Below are positions 19,241 through 28,181 of a stretch of 64,000 bases of DNA, in pieces. A program made the translations under genes and the position numbers. The first letter of the stretch is position 1, and each line of letters begins with the position of its first letter. The notes beneath the pieces are model-generated. The model was not told the DNA's origin. It saw nothing but the letters and a program-made list of their open reading frames with translations, and did not search any database. This DNA comes from Candidatus Magasanikiibacteriota bacterium (GTDB taxonomy: Bacteria; Patescibacteriota; Patescibacteriia; Magasanikbacterales; GWA2-37-8), in NCBI GenBank assembly GCA_963840935.1, contig CAWJAS010000001.1, forward strand, positions 45,902 to 109,901, read 5' to 3'.

Positions 19241-21238
19241 ATGACACCAAACATTATTATTGCTCTCGGAGCAATTGTGCCGGCCTTAGCCGCTGTTATA
19301 TACGGCGTTATCCTTATTAAATGGATAAACAAACAACCGGCCGGAGATGAACGAATGCAAGCAATCGCACGCGCCATTCAAGACGGGGCCAAAGCCTATC
19401 TTGGAAGACAATACAAAACAATTGCCATATTAGCTATTATTATTTTTGTGATACTTGGCATCGTACTTGATTGGGTTACTGCCTTGGGATTCTTATTTGG
19501 AGCTTTTCTTTCGGGTCTTGCCGGCATAATCGGCATGAACATTTCTGTTCGCGCCAACGTACGAACCGCCGAAGCGGCAAAAAAAGGATTAAAAGAGGCT
19601 TTCAAAATGGCCGTTCGTGGCGGGTCTATTACCGGACTTTTGGTTGCCGGCCTTGCCTTGTTCGCGGTTGCCGGTTTTTATTTGGTCACAAAAGATGTGT
19701 TCGCTTTAATCGGCTTGGGATTCGGAGCCAGTTTAATTTCTGTTTTTGCCAGAATCGGCGGTGGAATTTTTACTAAAGCTGCCGATGTTGGAGCTGATTT
19801 GGTTGGAAAAGTGGAAAAAGGAATTCCCGAAGACGACCCGCGAAACCCGGCGGTAATTGCAGATAACGTGGGAGACAATGTCGGCGATTGCGCCGGCATG
19901 GCCGCTGACTTGTTTGAAACATATGCGGTAACCGCTATCGCCGCCATGGTTTTATCCACTTTAATATTCCCCGGTAATGTCAAAATTCTAATTCTCCCCC
20001 TTATTCTTGGTGGGGCATCAATTATTGCTTCAATTATTGCCACATTTTTTATTCGTATAGGCGAAGACAAAAAAATAATGAAAGCATTGTACAAAGGATT
20101 GGCAGTCGCCGGCATTTTGGCTTTAATCGGTTTTTATCCGATTACCAATTGGCTAGCGAGCGGTTTGGAAAATGTCACAACAATGAATTTGTATTTCTCG
20201 GCAATCATCGGATTGGTGCTAACCGGTCTTATGGTGGTTATTACCGAATACTACACTTCAACAAAATACAAACCGGTTCAAAACATCGCCAAAGCCTCGA
20301 CAACCGGTCATGGCACAAATATTATTTCCGGTTTGGCCTTGTCCATGAAATCAACCGCTTGGCCTGTATTGTTTATTGTGATAGCTATTTTGAGCTCCTT
20401 TTGGCTAGCAGGGCTTTTTGGCATTGCCATCGCCGCTGTTGCCATGCTTTCTTTAACTGGAATAATCGTTACCATTGATGCCTATGGCCCAATTACGGAT
20501 AATGCCGGAGGTATCGCCGAGATGGCCGAATTATCAAAAGAAGTCAGAGATGTGACTGACCCACTTGATGCTGTTGGAAACACCACAAAAGCTGTTACCA
20601 AGGGCTACGCCATTGCTTCAGCAGGTCTTGCCGCGCTTGTACTTTTTGCGGATTTCACGCATAAGCTTCCCGAATCAACGCAATTTCTAATCAACGACCC
20701 GAAAGTGTTGGCCGGGTTATTCATTGGCGGTCTTCTCCCATATTTATTCGGCGCAAAATTAATGGACTCGGTCGGTATTGTCGCCGGAAAAGTCGTTGAA
20801 GAAGTACGCAGACAGTTCAAAGAAATTCCGGGAATTATGGAAGGAACAAATAAGCCGGACTACGGCAAAGCAGCTGATATTGTAACTAGGGGCGCTCTTG
20901 GACAAATGATTTTACCGGCCTTATTACCAATAATTATCCCCATCGTTGTCGGTTTTGGTCTTGGGGCGCAAGCTCTTGGCGGTTTACTCGTCGGCACAAT
21001 TATCACTGGTTTATTTGTGGCAATTTCAATGACTACCGGTGGAGGCGCTTGGGACAATGCCAAAAAATACATTGAGGAAGGCAACTACGGCGGGAAAGGG
21101 TCTTTTGCCCATCAAGCTGCGGTTACAGGCGACACGGTCGGTGATCCATACAAGGATACTGCCGGTCCGGCCATAAACCCAATGATTAAGGTGGCGAATA
21201 TTGTTGCGCTTCTCATTGTCGGATTATTGGTAAAATAA
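19241..21238 (+). CDS. hppA: membrane-bound proton/sodium-translocating pyrophosphatase
   Basis: 665 aa, 15-16 TM; conserved V-PPase motifs ([38 protein letters not shown]). Confidence 0.9.
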   Translation: MTPNIIIALGAIVPALAAVIYGVILIKWINKQPAGDERMQAIARAIQDGAKAYLGRQYKTIAILAIIIFVILGIVLDWVTALGFLFGAFLSGLAGIIGMNISVRANVRTAEAAKKGLKEAFKMAVRGGSITGLLVAGLALFAVAGFYLVTKDVFALIGLGFGASLISVFARIGGGIFTKAADVGADLVGKVEKGIPEDDPRNPAVIADNVGDNVGDCAGMAADLFETYAVTAIAAMVLSTLIFPGNVKILILPLILGGASIIASIIATFFIRIGEDKKIMKALYKGLAVAGILALIGFYPITNWLASGLENVTTMNLYFSAIIGLVLTGLMVVITEYYTSTKYKPVQNIAKASTTGHGTNIISGLALSMKSTAWPVLFIVIAILSSFWLAGLFGIAIAAVAMLSLTGIIVTIDAYGPITDNAGGIAEMAELSKEVRDVTDPLDAVGNTTKAVTKGYAIASAGLAALVLFADFTHKLPESTQFLINDPKVLAGLFIGGLLPYLFGAKLMDSVGIVAGKVVEEVRRQFKEIPGIMEGTNKPDYGKAADIVTRGALGQMILPALLPIIIPIVVGFGLGAQALGGLLVGTIITGLFVAISMTTGGGAWDNAKKYIEEGNYGGKGSFAHQAAVTGDTVGDPYKDTAGPAINPMIKVANIVALLIVGLLVK

Positions 21239-21382
21239 ACAAAATCACAACAAAACCGCTTCGGTCATCCGGGGCGGTTTTTTGTTTTCCTCGACAATTG
21301 CCATATTCAATGGGGTTGACAAAAATAGCTAAATATGTCATCCTACAGTGTTTTGTTCATTCAAAAAAGGAGAAGCTCCAAA

Positions 21383-21652
21383 ATGAATGTGGGTCAGGAT
21401 AAAATTAACGAAGTCGCTTTCAGTATTTTACGATTTTGTCACACCGCAATTCAGTTGATTCGCAAAGGGTCGCGGTCATACGAGGACGCGCTGGTACTGC
21501 TCGGCACTCTGTCCGAGTTCGTCGAAGACAAATCCACGGCCATCACAATTCCGCCACCCCCGCCGAACCAACCAAAACTGTCCGGACAATTCATTTTGGT
21601 GGAGCCGAGCATTCCTCACGACGGAGAAGACACCGTCTTGCTCAAAGATTGA
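21383..21652 (+). CDS. GC-rich orphan small protein (hypothetical); start chosen at RBS-supported ATG
   Basis: AAAAGGAGAAG RBS before ATG at 21383; TTGACA at about 21317; downstream GC hairpin at about 21680-21712. Confidence 0.4.
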   Translation: MNVGQDKINEVAFSILRFCHTAIQLIRKGSRSYEDALVLLGTLSEFVEDKSTAITIPPPPPNQPKLSGQFILVEPSIPHDGEDTVLLKD

Positions 21653-21779
21653 CACAGGCAATTGTTTCTCTTTTTTGCTCCATCCGCCTCCAAATATATT
21701 GGGGCGGTTTTTTTTATGCGATAATTGACTTTTTTCATTAATTACATTATTATTCGTAATATTTATTAATCATAAAAAT

Positions 21780-23093
21780 ATGCAATACACCACTAAGAAA
21801 TTGGAAAAATCCCAAATAGAACTTGTGATTACCGTGACCCCCGAGGAATACGCCGAACAATTATCAAGCGCGGCCATCCGCTTATCAGAGAAGTCCGCCA
21901 TTAAAGGCTTCAGACCGGGCAAAGCATCGTTTGATATGATTAAATCGCAATTTGGCGAACAAAAAATTCTTGAAGAGGCCTTGCAAGATATTGTCCAAAA
22001 AAGTTTTTTTGAAGCCATAAAAACGGAAAAGCTCAACACCATCGGTTCGCCGGAAATATCGGTTGAAAAACTGGCTCCAAATAATGATATAGTTTTTAAA
22101 GCTGTGGTGGCTCTTTTGCCAAAAATTAAATTAGCTGATATTGAAAAAGTTAAAATTGAAGCCAAAAAAATTGAGATTAGCGAAGACGATATTTCCAAAG
22201 TTCTAAAAGATTTGCAAAAAATGAAGAAAAAAGAAATTCTGAAAAATGGCGTAGCGGAAAAACAAGATAAGATTGTGGTTGACCTCGATATGTTTATTGA
22301 TAAAGTGGCGATCGAGGGCGGGCAGGCAAAAGACCACCAAGTGTATTTGGATGAAGAGCACTACATTCCGGGTTTTGCCGAAAAACTTGTCGGCCTTAAA
22401 AAAGATGAAGAAAAAGAATTTAATTTAAAATTCCCTAAGGAACATTACCAAAAAACATTAGCCGGAAAAAATGTGAATATTAAGGTCAAAGCAAAAGATG
22501 TGTATTCATTGGAGCTTCCGGATATTAACGATGAGTTCGCCCAAAACTTTGGCCAAAAAGATTTGGCAACGTTAAAAAATTTACTTCGTGAAAATCTAAC
22601 CAATGAAGCCGAGCAAAAAGAGGCGCAGAGAATCAAATCAGGCATTTTAGAACAACTGATTGAAAAAAGTGAATTTGATGAAATTCCTGCCGTGCTTATC
22701 AATTCCGAAAAACAAAAAATGTTTCATGAATTAAAACATGATTTGGAACATCGAGGAATTGAGATGGAAAAATATTTGGCTGACATCAAAAAAACAGAGG
22801 ATGAGATATTCAAAGATTTTGAAGATGGAGCGCAAAAACGAGTTAAGGCAGCGCTCATATCAAGACAAGTGGCGATAGATAATGACATCAAAGTAGAAAA
22901 GGAAGATATGGACAAAGAAATCGAACATTTGAAAATCGCCTATGGTAACGATCCGAAAATTGAAGAAAATCTAAAAAAACCGGAAATACTTGATATGGTT
23001 GCGGTAACCGTGCAAAACAGAAAAGTTATAGAATGGTTAAAACATAAAATCCTTGGCACGACCGACCCGCTCCACCACTGCGAACACTGCTAA
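21780..23093 (+). CDS. tig: trigger factor
   Basis: 437 aa with ribosome-binding N-domain, PPIase-like middle and C-terminal arm; GFRPGKAS motif. Confidence 0.85.
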   Translation: MQYTTKKLEKSQIELVITVTPEEYAEQLSSAAIRLSEKSAIKGFRPGKASFDMIKSQFGEQKILEEALQDIVQKSFFEAIKTEKLNTIGSPEISVEKLAPNNDIVFKAVVALLPKIKLADIEKVKIEAKKIEISEDDISKVLKDLQKMKKKEILKNGVAEKQDKIVVDLDMFIDKVAIEGGQAKDHQVYLDEEHYIPGFAEKLVGLKKDEEKEFNLKFPKEHYQKTLAGKNVNIKVKAKDVYSLELPDINDEFAQNFGQKDLATLKNLLRENLTNEAEQKEAQRIKSGILEQLIEKSEFDEIPAVLINSEKQKMFHELKHDLEHRGIEMEKYLADIKKTEDEIFKDFEDGAQKRVKAALISRQVAIDNDIKVEKEDMDKEIEHLKIAYGNDPKIEENLKKPEILDMVAVTVQNRKVIEWLKHKILGTTDPLHHCEHC

Positions 23094-23195
23094 AATATTA
23101 AAACACCCATAAACCCGTCATCCATAACTGACGGGTTTAATTTTACTAAAATACATATTATTTGTTATAATTTACATGCGATAACAAACAATCAT

Positions 23196-24038
23196 ATGCT
23201 TTTTGGAGCTCATGTATCAATTGCCGGCGGCCTGCCTAACGCGCCCTTAAACGCGGCCAAAATTGGCTGTGAAGTTTTTCAATTTTTCACCCGCTCACCC
23301 CAAGGGGGCCATGTGCCGGAATTAAATAAACAAATCGCCACTGAATTTATAACAAACTGCAAAAAAGCAAAACAAAAAGAATGGTATGTACACACTCCAT
23401 ATTTTATTAATTTTGCATCAGCCGAACCGCGCATTAAACACGCTTCAATAACGGTAATCAAGCAAGAACTCGAACGCGCTTCGCTACTCGGCGCCAAATA
23501 TTTAATGACGCATCTTGGCAGTTACTCAACGCTCGGCAAAGAAAAAGGATTCATTCAACTAATTGAATCACTCAAAGAAACTTTAACCGGCTATAAAGGT
23601 CAAACAAAATTTTTAGTAGAAATTTCCGCCGGCGCCGGCGAAATAATCGGCGGAAGTTTTGAAGATATCGCGAGAATTGTCAGTCATCCCAAATTAAAAA
23701 AATTTGATATTGGTGTTTGTTTTGATACTCAGCACGCTTTTGCTTCCGGCTATGATCTGCGCACTGCCAAGGCGGTCAAAAAAACATTCGATGATTTTGA
23801 TAAAATAATCGGACTTGAAAAATTGAAAATGTCACACTGTAATGATTCAAAAACTGAATTCAATTCGCACAGCGACCACCATGCCCATATAGGTCAAGGT
23901 AAAATCGGCATTGATGGATTCAAATCAATAATTTCCGATAAACGTTTAAAAAATATTAATCTTATTTTGGAAACAAAACCCGATGCCGTGACTGATGATT
24001 TAATATTGCTAAAAAAAATACGCTCTAACGCCATTTAA
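23196..24038 (+). CDS. nfo: endonuclease IV (AP endonuclease family 2)
   Basis: 280-aa TIM-barrel AP-endonuclease pattern (MLFGAHVSIAGG..., HxxY, metal-binding His/Asp/Glu). Confidence 0.8.
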   Translation: MLFGAHVSIAGGLPNAPLNAAKIGCEVFQFFTRSPQGGHVPELNKQIATEFITNCKKAKQKEWYVHTPYFINFASAEPRIKHASITVIKQELERASLLGAKYLMTHLGSYSTLGKEKGFIQLIESLKETLTGYKGQTKFLVEISAGAGEIIGGSFEDIARIVSHPKLKKFDIGVCFDTQHAFASGYDLRTAKAVKKTFDDFDKIIGLEKLKMSHCNDSKTEFNSHSDHHAHIGQGKIGIDGFKSIISDKRLKNINLILETKPDAVTDDLILLKKIRSNAI

Positions 24039-24039
24039 T

Positions 24040-24258
24040 ATGATAATAAATGTGAGAGTCAGTCCACGCTCTTCAAAAAATGAAATAATACAAATGGCTC
24101 AAGGCGATTTAAAAATAAAAACAACCGCCGCTCCGGTTGACGGCGAAGCGAACACGGCGCTAATAAAAATTTTAAGCAAACATTTTAATGTGGCAAAAAG
24201 CCACATTAAAATAAAAAAAGGCCTAACCGGCCGAAATAAAATTGTGGAAATTATTTAG
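24040..24258 (+). CDS. DUF167/YggU family protein
   Basis: 72 aa; typical YggU pattern (VRVSPRSSKNEI...). Confidence 0.65.
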   Translation: MIINVRVSPRSSKNEIIQMAQGDLKIKTTAAPVDGEANTALIKILSKHFNVAKSHIKIKKGLTGRNKIVEII

Positions 24259-24518
24259 GGCATGTCCACTCCACCTTTGTTCCAAGGATTACAACGCAAA
24301 ATTCGCCAAATGGTTTTTGGCACTCCCACAAGGAGGCCTCTTTTTTTTATCACCTGATACCCATATTCAGAACAAGATGGATAAAAACGGCAATAGCCAT
24401 GTGTGAACAAACTTTTAAAAAATCCGTGGTCTGGCGACAATGTGCGCTGATATAATCTTATTAACCACAAAAACGGCAATCTAGGCAAAAATAAAATATA
24501 TGAAATGATTTTTGGCAT
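24255..24518 (-). CDS. yidD: membrane protein insertion efficiency factor YidD
   Basis: Conserved YCxxxPSCSEY motif; follows rnpA as expected. Confidence 0.8.
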   Translation of the reverse strand: MPKIISYILFLPRLPFLWLIRLYQRTLSPDHGFFKSLFTHGYCRFYPSCSEYGYQVIKKRGLLVGVPKTIWRILRCNPWNKGGVDMP

Positions 24519-24523
24519 AATAA

Positions 24524-24937
24524 TTATGCTAAAATTCTTGCTTTTTTAAGCAAAAATTCAATTTCATGGCTAATTTCAGCATAATTTTTACTGAGCGAAC
24601 CTGCCCTCGCCACAAATAATAAATAATATCCTTTCGGAATTCTCTTGTTTTTTACCAAAAGACGAACGACTTCACGGATTTGCCTTCGCAATCGGTTCCG
24701 CTTTACGGCGCTTTTACTAATTTTTAAACCTACGGCAAAAGCCACTTTTAATTGGCGTTCAAATTCTTCCGGATCAACCTTTTTGGGGAAAAAATCGCTT
24801 TTCTTAGCCAAAAATAAATAATTAAGGTCAATAAAACCACCCTTAACCCATTGGCCTTGTTTCAATAAAAGGTTAAAATCTCTGATTTTCTTCAATCTAT
24901 TTTCGGGTTTTAACATATTGGCTCTATTATACCACAA
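24524..24937 (-). CDS. rnpA: RNase P protein component
   Basis: Basic RnpA-like sequence in the conserved rpmH-rnpA-yidD order. Confidence 0.8.
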   Translation of the reverse strand: MWYNRANMLKPENRLKKIRDFNLLLKQGQWVKGGFIDLNYLFLAKKSDFFPKKVDPEEFERQLKVAFAVGLKISKSAVKRNRLRRQIREVVRLLVKNKRIPKGYYLLFVARAGSLSKNYAEISHEIEFLLKKARILA

Positions 24938-24966
24938 AGGCCCGCAAGAGCGGACCTTTGTTGATA

Positions 24967-25143
24967 TTAACGTGTTTTTCTTGTTCTTTTACCCTTTTTC
25001 TCATCAGAAACCGTTAGTTTCTTTCTGCCTTTTGCCCGTCTGCGAGATAGAACCGCACGACCACCGGCTGTCGCCATTCTTTTTCTAAAGCCGTGAGATT
25101 TGGCGCGTTTTCTCTTTTTTGGCTGGTAAGTTCTTTTCGGCAT
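24967..25143 (-). CDS. rpmH: 50S ribosomal protein L34 (not in the supplied ORF track because it is under 60 aa)
   Basis: Manual translation [32 protein letters not shown]...; 58 aa. Confidence 0.85.
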   Translation of the reverse strand: MPKRTYQPKKRKRAKSHGFRKRMATAGGRAVLSRRRAKGRKKLTVSDEKKGKRTRKTR

Positions 25144-25230
25144 ATATTATAGTATTGATTTTTTTAATTGAATAATGATAGCATAACTGATATTTGTAAT
25201 CAAGTCAAATTATTTCCATTTTTGGGCGAT

Positions 25231-25239
25231 TTATCCACA
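25231..25239. promoter_or_regulatory. DnaA box TTATCCACA in the rpmH-dnaA intergenic region
   Basis: Exact consensus; a TTTCCACA variant follows. Confidence 0.55.
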
Positions 25240-25320
25240 TTGTTTCCACAATAGAACCACTATCCCAAACTTCCATTTTTAGCTTAACAGTGATAAAATT
25301 CAGTATAAATAAAAAAAATT

Positions 25321-26727
25321 ATGAATAACACTGAAATTTGGCAGGCTGTGCTTTCCGAACTGGAATTATCCATCTCAAAAGCTAATTTTATCACCTGGTT
25401 CAAAAATACCGGCATTGTTTCTGTTGAAGAAGGCCAGGTAATATTATGTGTGCCGAACACTTTTGCCCGAGCCTGGTTCGAAAAAAAGTACCACCACATG
25501 ATAATTAAGTCTCTTGAACGAATTCTCGGTAAACCAATCCGAAAATTAGACTACAAAATTGACAATATAAAGAACCTCATTGAACAAGCGGCCTGTGATT
25601 TGGAAAATTTAACCAATGCTTCTCTTGCAGAATCATACAATCCGCAAGGCGCGTCCTATAACTCCACACCTACACCACCGGCGAACCAAAGCAACGGCTT
25701 TACCTTGAACCCAAAATACGTTTTCGAAACATTTGTTGTTGGTTCTGGTTCCGAGCTTGCTTGCGCGGCTGCCAAAGCTGTCAGCGAAAAACCCGGTGAA
25801 GCATATAACCCTTTATTTATTTACGGAGGAGTCGGACTCGGCAAAACTCATTTAATTCAAGCGATTGGGAACCAAGTCAAAAAAAATAATCCAAACGCTT
25901 CCGTGCTTTATGTTAGCGCGGAAAAATTTTCCAATGATTTTATACACTCTGTAAAAGAAGGAACAGCAAAAGATTTCCAAAATCACTACAGAAATATTGA
26001 TTTACTTTTAATTGATGATATCCAATTTATTGCCGGCAAAGATCGCACGCAAGAATCATTTTTTCATACTTTTAATGAGCTTCATCAGCAAAACAAACAG
26101 ATTATTTTGACTTCCGACCGCCCGCCAAAAGCCATTCCCACGCTTGAAGACAGATTAAAATCACGGTTTGAGTGGGGTATGATAACTGACATTACCATGC
26201 CTGATTTTGAAACTCGTGTGGCAATTTTACAAAAAAAATGCGCGGAAAAGAAATTTAACTTGGAAGAAAAGGTTTTCCACACTATTGCCGCCACAATTCA
26301 ATCTAACATTCGCGAACTAGAAGGGTCTCTTAATAAAATAATCGCCTATCACCAATTAAAAAACATAAATCCCTCGGTAGAGTCCGTTAAATCGTTGCTT
26401 TCGTCAATCGAGGCCGCTTCAATGAAACAGTCATTAACCTCAAAACAAATAATTGAAACCGTTAGTTCTTTTTATAGTGTTCAGATTGATTTTATATTAA
26501 ATAAAAGTAGAGAAAAGAAAATATCTCATCCTCGTCAAATTATCATGTATTTAATGCGCGAGGAGCTCAAAATGTCTTATCCGAATATTGGCGGAGAACT
26601 CGGGGGCAGGGATCACACCACTGCCATGCATGCTTGCGAAAAAATTAATCGTGATGTTGATAATAACCCAAAATTAAAGCAAGAAATTGAATTAATAAAA
26701 CAACGATTGTATATAAATAACATATAA
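25321..26727 (+). CDS. dnaA: chromosomal replication initiator DnaA
   Basis: 468 aa; Walker A GGVGLGKTHL, AAA+ sensor motifs, C-terminal DNA-binding domain. Confidence 0.95.
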   Translation: MNNTEIWQAVLSELELSISKANFITWFKNTGIVSVEEGQVILCVPNTFARAWFEKKYHHMIIKSLERILGKPIRKLDYKIDNIKNLIEQAACDLENLTNASLAESYNPQGASYNSTPTPPANQSNGFTLNPKYVFETFVVGSGSELACAAAKAVSEKPGEAYNPLFIYGGVGLGKTHLIQAIGNQVKKNNPNASVLYVSAEKFSNDFIHSVKEGTAKDFQNHYRNIDLLLIDDIQFIAGKDRTQESFFHTFNELHQQNKQIILTSDRPPKAIPTLEDRLKSRFEWGMITDITMPDFETRVAILQKKCAEKKFNLEEKVFHTIAATIQSNIRELEGSLNKIIAYHQLKNINPSVESVKSLLSSIEAASMKQSLTSKQIIETVSSFYSVQIDFILNKSREKKISHPRQIIMYLMREELKMSYPNIGGELGGRDHTTAMHACEKINRDVDNNPKLKQEIELIKQRLYINNI

Positions 26728-26999
26728 TTTTGTGTATATACTGTGCAAAAAAGGCCTTTCCTTTGTGCACAACACCATTATTAGTACACAGATAAAAAAC
26801 GTTATCCCCAGCCGAATAAAACAATAAAAATTTAATACACTGTTATCCTCCTCTAAAAAATAATTTTATCCACAGTTGCTTAACCAAAAAATAACTACAT
26901 TAAGCCAAAAAAATTAATTATCCCCGCTATTAACACCCCTTATTATTACTATTACTTTTTTTAAATAAAATAATTATATAATAATATCTTTTCAATCAT
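26728..26999. promoter_or_regulatory. candidate oriC (DnaA boxes plus AT-rich unwinding region) between dnaA and dnaN
   Basis: TTATCCACA at 26866-26874, TTATCCCCA at 26802-26810, further TTATCC variants, and an extremely AT-rich tract at 26880-26999. Confidence 0.6.
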
Positions 27000-28124
27000 A
27001 TGAAATTAACATGTACTAAAGAAAATTTATTAAATACCTTATCATTAGTGGCAAATTTGGCTTCAAAGAGCGTAAATTTGCCAATATTATCCAATATATT
27101 AATTAAGGCAGATGAACAAAAAGTCGAAATTATCGCCACAAATTTGGAATTAGCCATTGTGGCGAACCTTCGAGCCAAAGTGGAAGTGGCCGGGTCATTC
27201 ACGGTGCCGGCAAAAACACTAACGGAGTTTATTGGATTATTGAGCGATGAAAAAGTCGAACTTGAACAAATAGAAAATGAAATATTAATTTCTTGTGGCA
27301 AGAGTTCCACAAAAATAAAAGGAATGCCATCGGATGAGTATCCGGTAATCCCTCAAAATAGTGAGGGGCAGGGTTTTTTAATCTCCGCCGAGGATTTACG
27401 CAAAGGTTTAAACCAAGTAAATTTGGCTGCCGCCAGAAATGATATACGGCCGGAATTATCCGGAATTTTATTTTCTTTTAATCAAGACAATAATAAATTA
27501 TTAATAATCGCGGCCACAGACAGTTACAGATTGGCGGAAAAGAAAATAAAATTGATTCAAGGAAATGAAAATTTTCGAGTAATTGTTCCGGGAAGAACGG
27601 CTCATGAAATATCACATATATTGTCTTCGGCCAATGAACTTGAAGCGGAAAAAAATGCGAGAATTATTGTTAGTGAAAATCAAATAACTGTTAATTATAA
27701 TAACGTGCAAATGATTTCCCGTTTGGTTGAAGGTAATTATCCGGACTATACTCAAATTATTCCCACAAATTTTAAAACCGAAGCAAAATTCTCCGCGTCA
27801 AAAATGTCCAAAGAAATAAAAGCGGCCAGTTTGTTCACTACTGTTGGAGTTAACGCTGTCTCGCTTGATTTTGACACAAGCGTCGGAGCAATAAAAGTTT
27901 CATCAAATTCAACACAAACCGGTGAATATAAATCCGAAATTGAAGTATCGGCCAAAGGAGAAAACAATACAATATTATTAAATCATCGTTATTTGTTTGA
28001 TGGGTTGAATAATATTTCTTCAGATGAAGGTATTTTAAAAATTATTAATAGTGATAGTCCTTGTGTTTTGTCCGGCGCCAATGACGATAGTTATTTGTAT
28101 ATTATAATGCCGATCAGACAATAA
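27000..28124 (+). CDS. dnaN: DNA polymerase III beta sliding clamp
   Basis: 374-aa three-domain beta-clamp pattern immediately downstream of dnaA. Confidence 0.9.
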   Translation: MKLTCTKENLLNTLSLVANLASKSVNLPILSNILIKADEQKVEIIATNLELAIVANLRAKVEVAGSFTVPAKTLTEFIGLLSDEKVELEQIENEILISCGKSSTKIKGMPSDEYPVIPQNSEGQGFLISAEDLRKGLNQVNLAAARNDIRPELSGILFSFNQDNNKLLIIAATDSYRLAEKKIKLIQGNENFRVIVPGRTAHEISHILSSANELEAEKNARIIVSENQITVNYNNVQMISRLVEGNYPDYTQIIPTNFKTEAKFSASKMSKEIKAASLFTTVGVNAVSLDFDTSVGAIKVSSNSTQTGEYKSEIEVSAKGENNTILLNHRYLFDGLNNISSDEGILKIINSDSPCVLSGANDDSYLYIIMPIRQ

Positions 28125-28152
28125 AAAAACGGATATAAATCCGCCAATTCAT

Positions 28153-28181
28153 AATCCCGTCGCTTTCTAGTGACGGGATTT
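28153..28181. terminator. intrinsic terminator (AATCCCGTC...GACGGGATT)
   Basis: Hairpin after the dnaN stop. Confidence 0.6.

Noticed and set aside
19396-21084. Antisense ORFs within the pyrophosphatase gene (19396-19605, 19678-20115, 20605-21084) and similar antisense or overlapping ORFs inside polA, PBP1A, ComM, dnaA and the LTD gene
   Set aside because: They are fully embedded in strongly supported genes on the opposite strand or in another frame, with no independent signals.
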